Origin: an uncultured virus (IMG/VR IMGVR_UViG_3300034106_004008)
Taxonomy: Duplodnaviria > Heunggongvirae > Uroviricota > Caudoviricetes
DNA: 64,000 bases
IMG/VR virus record: IMGVR_UViG_3300034106_004008
Span: 1-64,000 of that record
Reading direction: 5' to 3' (one strand)
Shown here: positions 1 to 10,106 of the stretch, one piece after another
Position numbering within the stretch: the first letter of the stretch is position 1
How the letters are laid out: each line of letters starts with the position of its first letter
Translations under genes and position numbers: made by a program
Notes under the pieces: model-generated
What the model was told of the DNA's origin: nothing
Databases searched by the model: none
What the model saw: only the letters and a program-made list of their open reading frames with translations

Positions 1-40
1 ATGTTTCAATACCTGAGTGATTTATTTAAAAATTAAAACT

Positions 41-217
41 ATGAACATATTAGACATTGCTAAGATCATAACCATCATTTGGTTCTATGCAACAGGATCC
101 TTCATGCTTGTTGCTAAAGTTAACGGTACTAAACCCATCATCGCCATGACAATTAAATTTATGACAGTTGTATCTATGGTTTACATCACACTTTTTTTAC
201 TTAATGTTGTAAAATAA
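41..217 (+). CDS. small membrane protein
   Basis: ORF 17..217, ATG at 41 preferred; two hydrophobic segments. Confidence 0.6.
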   Translation: MNILDIAKIITIIWFYATGSFMLVAKVNGTKPIIAMTIKFMTVVSMVYITLFLLNVVK

Positions 218-227
218 ATTAAAAATT

Positions 228-1679
228 ATGAAAAAAATATTAATACTATTCATTTTGATGTTTGGCCTATTATGGCTAATATCATGTAAAGACAGAACCG
301 AAAGCGTTGGAGATGTTGTTGGAAAACGATATCTCCGAAAAGAAATTCACACACCAGAGGCACAAATGGACGTTGAAGCCATGGACAAAGCCTTTAAAAT
401 TATGCGTAATATGCCTTGTGATAACCCATTGAGTTGGTATTATCAAGGTGCAATTCATTGGGTTCCCGACACAATCTTATATAACCCACTGTGCCCAAGC
501 TATAAGACCCCAGCCGATTTAAAAGAAGCTTGGGATAATTGTACACATACACCAAGTGGTAAAGAAAAAATTCATTTCTTGGTTTGGCATAGATTATACA
601 TTCACCATTTAGAAAAGATAGTTAGAAAATTGTCTGGATATAAAGATTTCGCATTACCTTATTGGGGCTACACAAATAATTTTGACTACGACAAATTTTT
701 ACAAGAAAAATTCAGAGATCCGAAATCATCCCTATATGAACGTTGTAGATTTGATAGCTTGAACTATGGTTATCCTATTGCAGGTGAAATCCAAAGAGCT
801 TTGGAGACAGATAAATTAATGAGTTACACCTCATACGAAATGTTTAACTCGCAGATTAACAATGCCCCACATGGTGCGATGCACGATTACATCGGCGCTG
901 GTAATGTACAAACTGGTAAGTTGTTCAACAACCCAATCACTGGTAAAATTAGTGAGACAGGGTTGATGGGTTGGGTTCCGACAGCTGGGTTTGATCCAGT
1001 TTTCTGGACACATCACTCAAACATTGATAGACTATGGCAGCAATGGACTAATTCTCCGAATGGGGAGAAAGTTACATTGGAGATGTTAAAATCAGCTGAC
1101 TGGTCTTATGTTTTCTTCGATGAGAATGGTAAGAAAGTTACCTATACAATGGAAGATGTGATAAAGATAATATACAAACTTGATTATGATTATGATGATG
1201 TTGAGGTATATGAAAAAGCTGATCAACCGATGATGGCTAGAGCATACAACAATGTTTTACATAGCAATAATTTCAGCATACCAATTAATGGTCAAATCAC
1301 AGATGCTGTCACACAGGTTACGCCAACAAGTGGCCAGCTAGGTGCGCCAAATAGAGTTAAATTAGTATTAACCGTTTCATTCACGAAGATACCTAAAGGT
1401 GTCTATGAGGTTTACGTTAATCGAAATAAATTAACAACAGCACACCCGAATATGGTTGAGAGCTTCGCGGGTTATATGTCTTTCTTCGGAGCCGATCATA
1501 AAATGCCTGGTGAGTCTTGTGAAAAGGGTTGTTGTAGAACACTCAACGCTGACGGTAGACCAACAATGCAATTTGAATTTGAGGTCAACTCATCTAACAG
1601 ATACCATGTTGAAATTTATAAACATAACGGTATTCACACTGGTGATTTAATTATCGAAAACATAAAGATTAAAATTTAA
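228..1679 (+). CDS. tyrosinase / polyphenol oxidase (type-3 copper), predicted lipoprotein
   Basis: CuA-like H..CTH..FLVWHRLY and CuB-like PHGAMH..DPVFWTHHSNID motifs; signal peptide with lipobox LISC. Confidence 0.9.
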   Translation: MKKILILFILMFGLLWLISCKDRTESVGDVVGKRYLRKEIHTPEAQMDVEAMDKAFKIMRNMPCDNPLSWYYQGAIHWVPDTILYNPLCPSYKTPADLKEAWDNCTHTPSGKEKIHFLVWHRLYIHHLEKIVRKLSGYKDFALPYWGYTNNFDYDKFLQEKFRDPKSSLYERCRFDSLNYGYPIAGEIQRALETDKLMSYTSYEMFNSQINNAPHGAMHDYIGAGNVQTGKLFNNPITGKISETGLMGWVPTAGFDPVFWTHHSNIDRLWQQWTNSPNGEKVTLEMLKSADWSYVFFDENGKKVTYTMEDVIKIIYKLDYDYDDVEVYEKADQPMMARAYNNVLHSNNFSIPINGQITDAVTQVTPTSGQLGAPNRVKLVLTVSFTKIPKGVYEVYVNRNKLTTAHPNMVESFAGYMSFFGADHKMPGESCEKGCCRTLNADGRPTMQFEFEVNSSNRYHVEIYKHNGIHTGDLIIENIKIKI

Positions 1680-1683
1680 TACA

Positions 1684-2289
1684 ATGAAAAAGTTTAAAGT
1701 ATCCTACACATTAACTTACAAAATTACTGATTACGATTTGTTTGAGGAGTTAGAATCGGATGAGTCAGCGTGGGTTAGATTTTTAACAGAACTACTCGAT
1801 TCAATCAGATTCTCAGAGGATTTCACCAAGAAATGGATATCCACCGAGGGTGATGAATTATACTGGGATGATGAAGAAGAGCATGGTATTGCCGAGGTTG
1901 TTGTTACCGTTGAGGATAATTTTGATGGTGATGTTAAATGGTGGAACGAGTTGCTACCAATGTTGAAAGAAACTTGGGACATGCCAATCAAAGAAGATGC
2001 TGAATCATTCGATGTGGATGATTTTGCAACATCAATATCCGAGGGTGGCGCTTTCTGGAACATTGTTAAATGGGGAAGCACGATCAGAGTTGAGGAAGAT
2101 TCCGATGGTTGTCTTTTTGAATATGACGATGAAGCACGTGAGCGATACATCGGAAACATTCACAATGTTGAAGATAGTTTGCAAATAATCAACGCCGAGT
2201 TTATAAACGCCAAAGGCGAACACTACGAACTATTGGATTGGGTTAATACTAAAGAAGAGGTTTTAAGTTACATAGAAAAAATTAATTAA
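1684..2289 (+). CDS. acidic hypothetical protein
   Basis: 201-aa ORF in operon, very D/E-rich. Confidence 0.75.
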   Translation: MKKFKVSYTLTYKITDYDLFEELESDESAWVRFLTELLDSIRFSEDFTKKWISTEGDELYWDDEEEHGIAEVVVTVEDNFDGDVKWWNELLPMLKETWDMPIKEDAESFDVDDFATSISEGGAFWNIVKWGSTIRVEEDSDGCLFEYDDEARERYIGNIHNVEDSLQIINAEFINAKGEHYELLDWVNTKEEVLSYIEKIN

Positions 2290-2367
2290 TGCATACATTA
2301 ACGATACTGGTAATACTATGGTATTTTTTCCTGGTGCTACCGAATGCTCGTAAAAATAAGAAATAAT

Positions 2368-2607
2368 ATGACGGCAGAAGAAATAATTAAAAATAGCAAA
2401 AGAAAATATGAGGTCGGTTTCACTAGTGATGAGATCGTCACAATGTTAGTCGATAACGATATTGACCCAGACAAGTTTTACACTGCACTTGGTGTGAACA
2501 CAATTACAATGATTGATGGTAATTTCGTTACATATTTTTGGGACATTGAAAGAGCATTAGATTGTGTGATCAACGACAGAGATATGGACATAACAGAGTG
2601 GGACTGA
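2368..2607 (+). CDS. hypothetical protein
   Basis: ORF 2344..2607; ATG after A-rich leader at 2368. Confidence 0.65.
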   Translation: MTAEEIIKNSKRKYEVGFTSDEIVTMLVDNDIDPDKFYTALGVNTITMIDGNFVTYFWDIERALDCVINDRDMDITEWD

Positions 2608-2608
2608 T

Positions 2609-2863
2609 ATGACATTACTTGAACTAGCGGATAAAGTTGCTGAGATTGAAAGGAAATACACTGATAGGTCTGACTTCCGAGTGTCCGTTAGTGTAACACA
2701 CGATAGAGTTGTGCGATACACAATCGAACACACCGCAAAAAACAGAACGGTTGGTACGGGTTGGGGTGCGACTGATATAAAAGAACTTTTAACTAAGTTT
2801 GAAGTTGCTATGGCAGCTAATTATACTTTCGCATCCCCAAAGAATGATGACATTTCAATATGA
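2609..2863 (+). CDS. hypothetical protein
   Basis: tightly packed ORF. Confidence 0.7.
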   Translation: MTLLELADKVAEIERKYTDRSDFRVSVSVTHDRVVRYTIEHTAKNRTVGTGWGATDIKELLTKFEVAMAANYTFASPKNDDISI

Positions 2864-3108
2864 TTGGTGAGTTCATAAAGTACCAGGGCAATCATTATAT
2901 TGTTACGGATGATCAATTAAAAGATGGTGATGAGTACATCACAATCGATGGTGTAAACCACAAAGTAGTTTGGTATTACGAAACATTCGGTACACACGTT
3001 TCCGTTTACTATGACATGATCTTTATGCCTTATGCGACTGGTGTTACGCATACATTTATTTCACAAGATTTAGTGGCTGTCCAACCAATGGACAGCCCAA
3101 GGGGGTGA
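2860..3108 (+). CDS. hypothetical protein
   Basis: ATGA overlap with previous gene. Confidence 0.7.
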   Translation: MIGEFIKYQGNHYIVTDDQLKDGDEYITIDGVNHKVVWYYETFGTHVSVYYDMIFMPYATGVTHTFISQDLVAVQPMDSPRG

Positions 3109-3137
3109 ATTGTTTTACTTAGATTTTCAATACGATT

Positions 3138-3398
3138 ATGCTGAATGAGAGATTTATAATGCTTGACAAGATGGTTCTTTTGGTTGATGATAAAAAACCA
3201 AATAGAATCGGTGATCAATACGTTTGGATATCAAACGATGAGAAACATATTATAGAAAATTCCGATGCGTTGAAACAAATAGATGAGAAACCATCAACAT
3301 TTTTTTCGCGCCACAAGATGATTAATATTGTCTGGTGTTTTATACCAGAAGATATCAAAAAAAATTATCTGGTTACAGTCAAATATAATTTTGATTAA
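3138..3398 (+). CDS. hypothetical protein
   Basis: ORF in operon. Confidence 0.65.
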   Translation: MLNERFIMLDKMVLLVDDKKPNRIGDQYVWISNDEKHIIENSDALKQIDEKPSTFFSRHKMINIVWCFIPEDIKKNYLVTVKYNFD

Positions 3399-3463
3399 AA
3401 TGTTTCAATAAGATTTGGATATTTAAAAATATTTCTTTATATTTGTGACCTAAAATAAAAATT

Positions 3464-4018
3464 ATGGTCAGCGAAAAATCAGCGATTAAGGCAAAATCAA
3501 CCGAATTTTACGAAATTACACAGAACAACAGTGGTGGTTCATTCATCACCGATGATAAACTATGCCACAGATTGTACATTGAGGCCGTTTCGGAGGATGA
3601 GGCTCTAAGAATTGCCGAGGACTTGGGTTGTTATTGGAATGGTTGTGATGAGGGTATGGATTGCCCTTGCTGTGGCGATCGTTGGTACCCAGCATCTTAT
3701 GCCACCAACATCGAGGAGATGAACACAAAATGGAATGGTTACGAGGTTTCTCAATGGCTGACCGATGGTAAAAAAGGAACCATTCAGAAAGATGTCGCTA
3801 TTAAAAACTTGAAGAGCCAATATCCTGGCGCCACTTGGTTGGTTGAACCAATTGTTGAAAATAAATATAGTTCAACAAGAGTTGTTGGTAGACTTAAATT
3901 GGATAGCATTGAGCAGTATGCGCAAGTTATGGCTAACCTCTATGGGTGGACAAAACCTGATTGCAGAATTTTTTATAAAGATGGTACAATAAAAGAAATT
4001 TATACAAATAAAATATGA
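3464..4018 (+). CDS. conserved phage protein (QNNSGGSF / DCPCCGDRW motifs)
   Basis: motifs recurrent in phage hypotheticals; TATATTTG promoter element upstream (~3438-3445). Confidence 0.75.
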   Translation: MVSEKSAIKAKSTEFYEITQNNSGGSFITDDKLCHRLYIEAVSEDEALRIAEDLGCYWNGCDEGMDCPCCGDRWYPASYATNIEEMNTKWNGYEVSQWLTDGKKGTIQKDVAIKNLKSQYPGATWLVEPIVENKYSSTRVVGRLKLDSIEQYAQVMANLYGWTKPDCRIFYKDGTIKEIYTNKI

Positions 4019-4380
4019 GTGGAGGAGCATTTGATTACGACCAATATAAGATTCGCAACATTGCTGATAGCATTGAAAGTGAAATAGAACGAAGTGGCAG
4101 ACCTTTAACCGATGAGGAGTTCAGAGAAAAGGTTAGATGGTATGGCGTTGAGTATTTTGAAAGATACCCAGATGAGAGAACCCACCACAAATATCCCGAT
4201 GAGGTCATCAAAAAATTCAGGGATGCTGTAAAGATTTTGAGAATTGCTGAGATATACGCACAGCGTGTTGATTGGTTATTGTCTGGTGATGATGGTGAAG
4301 AAACTTTCTTGAAAAGATTATCTGATGAACTAAATAAATTGGATTACAGTATTGTCATAAAGGATGACACTAAGAAGTAA
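4015..4380 (+). CDS. conserved phage protein (MSGG.FDY ... DWLLSGDDGEE)
   Basis: recurrent phage motif; overlaps previous stop. Confidence 0.75.
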   Translation: MSGGAFDYDQYKIRNIADSIESEIERSGRPLTDEEFREKVRWYGVEYFERYPDERTHHKYPDEVIKKFRDAVKILRIAEIYAQRVDWLLSGDDGEETFLKRLSDELNKLDYSIVIKDDTKK

Positions 4381-4383
4381 TTT

Positions 4384-4740
4384 ATGTCTAAAGAATGGTT
4401 ATTAAATGATGAGTATGGAACCTACCTATTGTGTGATGATATCATTGATGTTGGTGACCATTATGTTATTTTATTCAACAATGAACTTGAAGAACCATTT
4501 CCCAAAACCGAAGAGTTTAGATATCCAAAAATCAAATCGAACTTTTCATATGAAAGATTCAAGGTTATTTGGTTTTATGAGAAAGATAAATTAATAACTC
4601 GTGTTAGATGTGATGAAGATGTTGAGAAAGAATTGACCAGAGCATTGACAGAAGAACTAATGAGAAATATCGATGCTGAAATAATCAGAAGAATAAGAGA
4701 AGAATTTAACAACATTCGAAATGAAAATATTCAAGGGTAA
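4384..4740 (+). CDS. hypothetical protein
   Basis: ORF in operon. Confidence 0.7.
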   Translation: MSKEWLLNDEYGTYLLCDDIIDVGDHYVILFNNELEEPFPKTEEFRYPKIKSNFSYERFKVIWFYEKDKLITRVRCDEDVEKELTRALTEELMRNIDAEIIRRIREEFNNIRNENIQG

Positions 4741-5287
4741 AAATAAAGGGATGATCCACACAATGGATATAAGGTTGGATGACCTGCGAGCGGTTTTCTT
4801 TCCAAAGAATTTCCATGAAAAGTATGGCTACCTAGGCTATGTTCCTTTCGAGGATGCTTACGAGAAGCGTGGAATGATTCACGCATTGGTAATGGCAATG
4901 GATGCTGAAGCCAAACCCTGGTGGTGCCCAAGGTGGTTCCTAAGGTTCTTGCATTTATTTGGATCGGATAACTCAATCGTTAGAGTAAGGAACAGGTTCT
5001 TACATAATATTGAGAGAAAAATAACCAAGGGGATTCGAATGTGGGATTATAAAACTAAATGGTCTGATTACGATTTGAGAATAAGCATAGGGGCACCGAA
5101 GCATCTTCAGGATTTGGCTGATGCGATAGAACATTATGTATATCACAGAGGCTACAAAGCCGAGCTGGTTGAGAACATAAAGGAAATGGAACCGACATTC
5201 GATAAGGACTGGTATAGCTTATGTGAACTAAAAGATTATTATGAAAAACTGAAAGGGGAAACTGAAAACGATGAAACATCTGATTAA
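4721..5287 (+). CDS. hypothetical protein
   Basis: 188-aa ORF in operon. Confidence 0.7.
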   Translation: MKIFKGKNKGMIHTMDIRLDDLRAVFFPKNFHEKYGYLGYVPFEDAYEKRGMIHALVMAMDAEAKPWWCPRWFLRFLHLFGSDNSIVRVRNRFLHNIERKITKGIRMWDYKTKWSDYDLRISIGAPKHLQDLADAIEHYVYHRGYKAELVENIKEMEPTFDKDWYSLCELKDYYEKLKGETENDETSD

Positions 5288-6101
5288 TATATTTAAGCAA
5301 TATAAGTATGAGTTATTATTAATATACACTTACATGTTAATTGCCGAGGGTTTGCTTTTATTGCAACCCTATTTTCTTGGAAAGACGATTGATGGTTTGT
5401 TGGTTGGTAACTGGAATTGGTTGATTGGTTTGGTTCTGGTTTACGCTGGATCAACCATGTTCATATACAAGAGAATGGTTTATGACACAAAGGTATACAC
5501 AAAGATATATAACAACATCGTGATGGAGTTTATACATAAGACCGATGTTGATAACTCATCTAAGGTAGCCAGGACAGATATGGCTCACCAGATTGTGGAT
5601 GTTCTCGAGAGTTACGTTCATTATTACATTTCCGTTATTGTCACGGTTCTGGGTAGTTTGGTTTTTGTGATGAGGGGAAGTTTGATAACAGGTTTCATTG
5701 TGTTGGGTTGTGTGTTCCCAATTATGTTTATTGTGTTTAAGTTTTACAAGAAGATAAAACAAGCAACTGTTGTTGGGAACAATCAATATGAGAAAAAAGT
5801 TGATGTTATCAATCGTTCCAATAAGGATGAGATAACAAGTTTCTTTAACAGAAGAAGAAAGTTATGGATATACGGTTCAACATTACAAGGAAAGAATTGG
5901 TTCTGGGTGAATGCGGTTAAATATACATTTCTTGTGACAGCTTTGATTGTCTTCATCAAGACATCTGACAAGTTATCTCAAGGGGATATCATCGCAATGT
6001 ACTCATACATCAGTAACTTTTTGGTCTCATTAATGTCGATACCAGTTGGTGTTGAAGCATACTCAAGAATATTAGACGTATTAAAAAGAATACAATGTTA
6101 G
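5271..6101 (+). CDS. ABC transporter six-transmembrane-domain protein (no ATPase)
   Basis: LLQPYFLGKTIDGL..RMVYDTKVYTKIY pattern, ~6 hydrophobic helices, no Walker motifs. Confidence 0.7.
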   Translation: MKHLINIFKQYKYELLLIYTYMLIAEGLLLLQPYFLGKTIDGLLVGNWNWLIGLVLVYAGSTMFIYKRMVYDTKVYTKIYNNIVMEFIHKTDVDNSSKVARTDMAHQIVDVLESYVHYYISVIVTVLGSLVFVMRGSLITGFIVLGCVFPIMFIVFKFYKKIKQATVVGNNQYEKKVDVINRSNKDEITSFFNRRRKLWIYGSTLQGKNWFWVNAVKYTFLVTALIVFIKTSDKLSQGDIIAMYSYISNFLVSLMSIPVGVEAYSRILDVLKRIQC

Positions 6102-6331
6102 TACACATACCAGTTGAAGAGTTGGACATAAACCCATCTTGGGCAATAAATAAAATAATTGGCGTTTCAATTGATTACGCTGATAGCACGGTTCACGCTA
6201 TTTTTTATGGTGAGGCTGAGTCCGCGATAATATTTCGTCTTAAATCGTATGGTATGACTTTGGACAATAGATGTTGTGGTTATCATGTATCACATGGGCC
6301 AGCTGGAATCTTTATAAAATTAACGAAATAA
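6095..6331 (+). CDS. hypothetical protein
   Basis: ORF overlapping previous stop. Confidence 0.65.
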   Translation: MLVHIPVEELDINPSWAINKIIGVSIDYADSTVHAIFYGEAESAIIFRLKSYGMTLDNRCCGYHVSHGPAGIFIKLTK

Positions 6332-6368
6332 ATTTGCGTATTAAAAATTCCTGTTATATATTTGCGAC

Positions 6369-6542
6369 ATGCGAGACGCAACAAACATAAAGGATAAGGA
6401 TTTTTACATCGATGGTGTGAAAACCAAGGCAACCAATGTCTGGATAACCGAGCGTGGCGAAATTTTCGTTTCATTGAAAGCACACGGAAATTGTGAGTTG
6501 AATATTTCAGCAAAGGATTTAAAAAAATACACAAAAAAATAA
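6369..6542 (+). CDS. small hypothetical protein (probably leaderless)
   Basis: 57-aa ORF below the track cutoff; ATG 4 nt after TATATTTG. Confidence 0.6.
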   Translation: MRDATNIKDKDFYIDGVKTKATNVWITERGEIFVSLKAHGNCELNISAKDLKKYTKK

Positions 6543-6548
6543 TATATC

Positions 6549-7409
6549 ATGAGAAGAGCATATCAAAACGTATCGTTCATCGTTGAGGGTGATAACTTTT
6601 ATGGGGTATCACTCGGTTGGGATTTCACATCGGAACACGAATGGGGAATCAGGGGAATCAAAAACAAGTTTGGATTGAAGTCCGACAAGACAAACATCTT
6701 GGGGATTAAGAAACCATTGCTTGGGATTGATAACCGAAGAATGACAATCGGTGAGGTTCTGTTCAAAGAAGATAAAGACCTTTGTGTGTTGACATCTGAA
6801 AGACCATATGGGTTGAAGGAGAAGTATAAGGCCAAGGATCTTTTGGGCTATGACATTAAGAATGTTTACAACGACCTTGAGTGCGCTTGGGACGAGGGTG
6901 ACTTTTGTATCGCTAGCAAGAACAAGGAAGATTTCCCTAAGATGAGGGAGTTGTATGAGGCGTTCAAGAATAAGAACATCGCCATCACATTTCTAAAGTC
7001 TGAGGTGCCAGCGTTCTCAAATTCATCATTGTCCGTTCTCATTCTGGATAAGTTGCCACAAGACGTATTGGATGAGATGTACAACGTGGATAAGGAAGCA
7101 TATGATCTCATTGAGTATGAGAAAGAGATTGGCGTCACCAAGTTGAAGGAGGAGACAAGACGTAACAGTGGTTACAAAGGTAATAAGTATTTTATGGCTT
7201 GTTCACCGAGGTGGATTGATTATAAGGATGCTGTTGCGAGGGAAGAGAAGAAGAGAAAAGCGAACACGGAGTATGATATTATGTTTTGGGTGAACTACTC
7301 TGACGATGATGATAACTTTGGTTGGTACACCGCTGAGGAAATCATCAAATGGTTGTCCACACCAGGATTGAAATTGAAGTCTCTTAATGCGGAAAGGGAA
7401 ACAGCATGA
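6549..7409 (+). CDS. hypothetical protein
   Basis: 286-aa ORF. Confidence 0.8.
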   Translation: MRRAYQNVSFIVEGDNFYGVSLGWDFTSEHEWGIRGIKNKFGLKSDKTNILGIKKPLLGIDNRRMTIGEVLFKEDKDLCVLTSERPYGLKEKYKAKDLLGYDIKNVYNDLECAWDEGDFCIASKNKEDFPKMRELYEAFKNKNIAITFLKSEVPAFSNSSLSVLILDKLPQDVLDEMYNVDKEAYDLIEYEKEIGVTKLKEETRRNSGYKGNKYFMACSPRWIDYKDAVAREEKKRKANTEYDIMFWVNYSDDDDNFGWYTAEEIIKWLSTPGLKLKSLNAERETA

Positions 7410-7633
7410 GAAAGATATTAATTGCGGTGATTTTAATCGGATTGGTTTCTTGCACACAATCAACGGTTGAGAAGAGACAAACAAACATTGTGATCAACAA
7501 CGGACATTCCAAATTAAACATTGTTGAGATTGAGGGTTGTGAATATTTCTTTGCTGATTATGATAGGGGGGCGATCTTTGAACATAAGGGTAATTGCAAG
7601 AATCCCATTCACCCAGAACATTTAAGGAAATAA
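7406..7633 (+). CDS. small lipoprotein
   Basis: signal peptide with lipobox LVSC; HKGNCKNPIH C-terminus. Confidence 0.7.
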   Translation: MRKILIAVILIGLVSCTQSTVEKRQTNIVINNGHSKLNIVEIEGCEYFFADYDRGAIFEHKGNCKNPIHPEHLRK

Positions 7634-7635
7634 TT

Positions 7636-7806
7636 ATGGCAGCGCTATGGTTTAAAATTGGAATTGGTTTCATCGTGGGGTTGAGTTATCTTGGTGCGAG
7701 GAAAACGCACAGGGATATAAAGAGGGGTGATGTGCAATGGGTGGCTTGGAAAGGAAAGCACGATTCGATTTATTACGAGAAGCAAAAACGTTTGAACAAT
7801 AAATAA
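7636..7806 (+). CDS. small membrane protein
   Basis: ORF 7594..7806, ATG 7636; N-terminal TM. Confidence 0.55.
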   Translation: MAALWFKIGIGFIVGLSYLGARKTHRDIKRGDVQWVAWKGKHDSIYYEKQKRLNNK

Positions 7807-7809
7807 AAC

Positions 7810-8079
7810 ATGGACAGTAAATTCGATGAAACGACACGGACGGTTGTTGTTCAGATGACACGAAGGGATGGGATGTCTTATTTTAATATTGTACAACCCA
7901 AAGAACAGGATGAATTAACTCTTCATGAGATAAGAATGATTCTGGCTGGTGCAGTCGCTCTGACAATAAAGAGTTCTGACAATGATGCCAAGGCAATGCG
8001 TGAGGTGATTGAATATCTTGAGCGGGAGTTTGTGGATGTGGATAGTTTCAACGATCATATGGTAAAAGTAAAACAATAA
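7810..8079 (+). CDS. hypothetical protein
   Basis: ORF in operon. Confidence 0.7.
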   Translation: MDSKFDETTRTVVVQMTRRDGMSYFNIVQPKEQDELTLHEIRMILAGAVALTIKSSDNDAKAMREVIEYLEREFVDVDSFNDHMVKVKQ

Positions 8080-8089
8080 AAATTTGGTT

Positions 8090-8314
8090 ATGACAAAAAA
8101 ATTTGCATCGTTATTAATTTTGTTCTTGGTTTCCTGTTCGCAACCAGACCCGAATAAACCGTGGGAGGTTGTTGGAATCAAAGATATTGGTGACAACCAA
8201 TGCGAATACATGGTGGTTCAATGGGTTAAGGTTGGTTTGCCATACAGAGATGAGTTTATTGATACTTGCGGAAAATATTATTTCAGTCAAAATATTAAAA
8301 TAGATAAAAAATAA
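8090..8314 (+). CDS. small lipoprotein
   Basis: lipobox LVSC after hydrophobic stretch. Confidence 0.65.
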   Translation: MTKKFASLLILFLVSCSQPDPNKPWEVVGIKDIGDNQCEYMVVQWVKVGLPYRDEFIDTCGKYYFSQNIKIDKK

Positions 8315-8320
8315 AAACAC

Positions 8321-8569
8321 ATGGATAATCAAGAATTAATGAAGAAATTAACGGAGATGGTGTGGGAGACACCAAATGATTCCGAATTGGGTGAAAAGGT
8401 TCGCAGTCTGGTTGACAATAATAAACCAAAGGATAACACCGTGGAGTACCAAGGAAGAACACCACAACAAGTTGAGGATAGCGAGAAGATATCCGTATTA
8501 TCAATGTTGGTGACGGCTGGGTTGATCTTGATGTTGTTGGTGATGGGTGTGTATGGAATGAAACAATAA
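8321..8569 (+). CDS. membrane-anchored hypothetical protein
   Basis: C-terminal TM. Confidence 0.7.
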   Translation: MDNQELMKKLTEMVWETPNDSELGEKVRSLVDNNKPKDNTVEYQGRTPQQVEDSEKISVLSMLVTAGLILMLLVMGVYGMKQ

Positions 8570-8572
8570 AGG

Positions 8573-8869
8573 ATGATTGGAAGAATAAGAACAAAGTGGT
8601 TTAGAATGACCTTTGTGTTGAGACACAGGTGGGAGAAGAACAAGGGTATGGATAATTACACCGTATGGAAACTCAGAAAGGAATATGAACTGGGTATCTG
8701 GGTAAAACCATATCTTGCGGTTGGAAAACCAACTGGCCCATGGGTGGCGAAGAAGGTGTTCAGCAAAGATAATCATGTCAGGGGTTATATGATTGGATTG
8801 GATCTGATTGTATGCAAAACCTGGGTTGATATTTCTGGGGGGAGAGTTCTTGAGATTCCAATGGATTAA
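8573..8869 (+). CDS. hypothetical protein
   Basis: ORF in operon. Confidence 0.65.
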   Translation: MIGRIRTKWFRMTFVLRHRWEKNKGMDNYTVWKLRKEYELGIWVKPYLAVGKPTGPWVAKKVFSKDNHVRGYMIGLDLIVCKTWVDISGGRVLEIPMD

Positions 8870-8886
8870 AAAAATAAATAAAAACA

Positions 8887-9165
8887 ATGAGAACATACGA
8901 CAGAACACATTCGTTGATTAAGATGATTATGGTATTCACGATCATCGCCGTGATTGCTTTGGTGGGCTCCAGAGCATATTTTATTTACAAGGGGGTCAAG
9001 TCAAACGAAACCTTGTATCAGGTAAGCGTGAACAATTTTCAAACCATGGAGACATATTTCACCAGAGAATATACCAGGGATGAAAAGAGCGGGTGCATTA
9101 CCTTTAAGGATGGATTTGGAATTAAACGCATCGTCTGCAACAATTATACAATAACCGAATATTAA
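8887..9165 (+). CDS. membrane-anchored hypothetical protein
   Basis: N-terminal TM. Confidence 0.7.
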   Translation: MRTYDRTHSLIKMIMVFTIIAVIALVGSRAYFIYKGVKSNETLYQVSVNNFQTMETYFTREYTRDEKSGCITFKDGFGIKRIVCNNYTITEY

Positions 9166-9305
9166 AAAATTATGTGGGTAAGAAAAACACCAAAAAAGTG
9201 GCAAAATCTATTTGAGATAATTATAGTTATATCATTAATTATAACTTATGGATTACTTGTTAAAGCTATAATAAATGAAATACATCCAATGTAAAATAAT
9301 AAGAT

Positions 9306-9536
9306 ATGGGTATAGGTTATTCAGGAACGCAAGGATGTCTTTACAGTTGTGGGGAATCTTGCACAGGAGAATGTAAGGAATCGAACAAGGAAACATTGCC
9401 AGATGCAAAACTATCGGACGTGGAAGCGCTGAGGTATTTCTTTGAGAAGTATTTGTTCACGGTTGAGAATGGAAAACCGAGTCAGAGGGCTGCGAATAGA
9501 TTAAAAGAATATATTGATATCGTACAGAAGAAGTGA
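9306..9536 (+). CDS. hypothetical protein, Cys-rich N-terminus
   Basis: CxxxCxxxCxxxC pattern. Confidence 0.6.
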   Translation: MGIGYSGTQGCLYSCGESCTGECKESNKETLPDAKLSDVEALRYFFEKYLFTVENGKPSQRAANRLKEYIDIVQKK

Positions 9537-9829
9537 ATACAATAAGAGTGAATCATATGAAAGGTGTATTCATTCTTCAGGAGCTTGAGAATGGAATTCA
9601 CAGTCTGAAAGAAGGAGATGAGTTTGTATACATGAAGGGTAAAAAAAGAATACTCACATGGTACAGCTCTCTGGCTGAGGATGAAAATATCATGAAGGTT
9701 GTATGGAAGTACGGAGTGAAAAACTGTAATAAATACACCAGAGTATTCGAGGAGAAAACATACCTTCAGTGGATTGAATACAATAAAATGATAGAGGCTA
9801 CCACAGCAGCACGAAGTGCGCTTAAATAG
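9533..9829 (+). CDS. hypothetical protein
   Basis: GTGA overlap; last gene of + run. Confidence 0.6.
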   Translation: MNTIRVNHMKGVFILQELENGIHSLKEGDEFVYMKGKKRILTWYSSLAEDENIMKVVWKYGVKNCNKYTRVFEEKTYLQWIEYNKMIEATTAARSALK

Positions 9830-9904
9830 CCTTAAAATGCATTCATTTTACATTATATTGCCCAGGATCCCATGTGAATTCTGCCGAGAAACACACATAC
9901 CCGC

Positions 9905-9975
9905 AACTGACTGAAAATGAGTGCATTCAGATAACTCACTGACAGTCACTGAATTACCTGATAATCAGTTACTTA
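9905..9975. repeat. three copies of near-palindromic CTGA-N3-TCAG motif
   Basis: ctgaaaatgag 9911, ctgacagtcac 9939, ctgataatcag 9958 in non-coding gap. Confidence 0.55.
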
Positions 9976-10106
9976 CACTATTTCCCACAATCCCCCACTT
10001 ACCCCCACAAAATCCCATTTCCCACCCAGGAACAAGTGAAAAAAATTTGAGCCCCTCGACAGTTTTCGATATATTTTTTTTAAATTATTAAAAAAACGGC
10101 GTAAAT

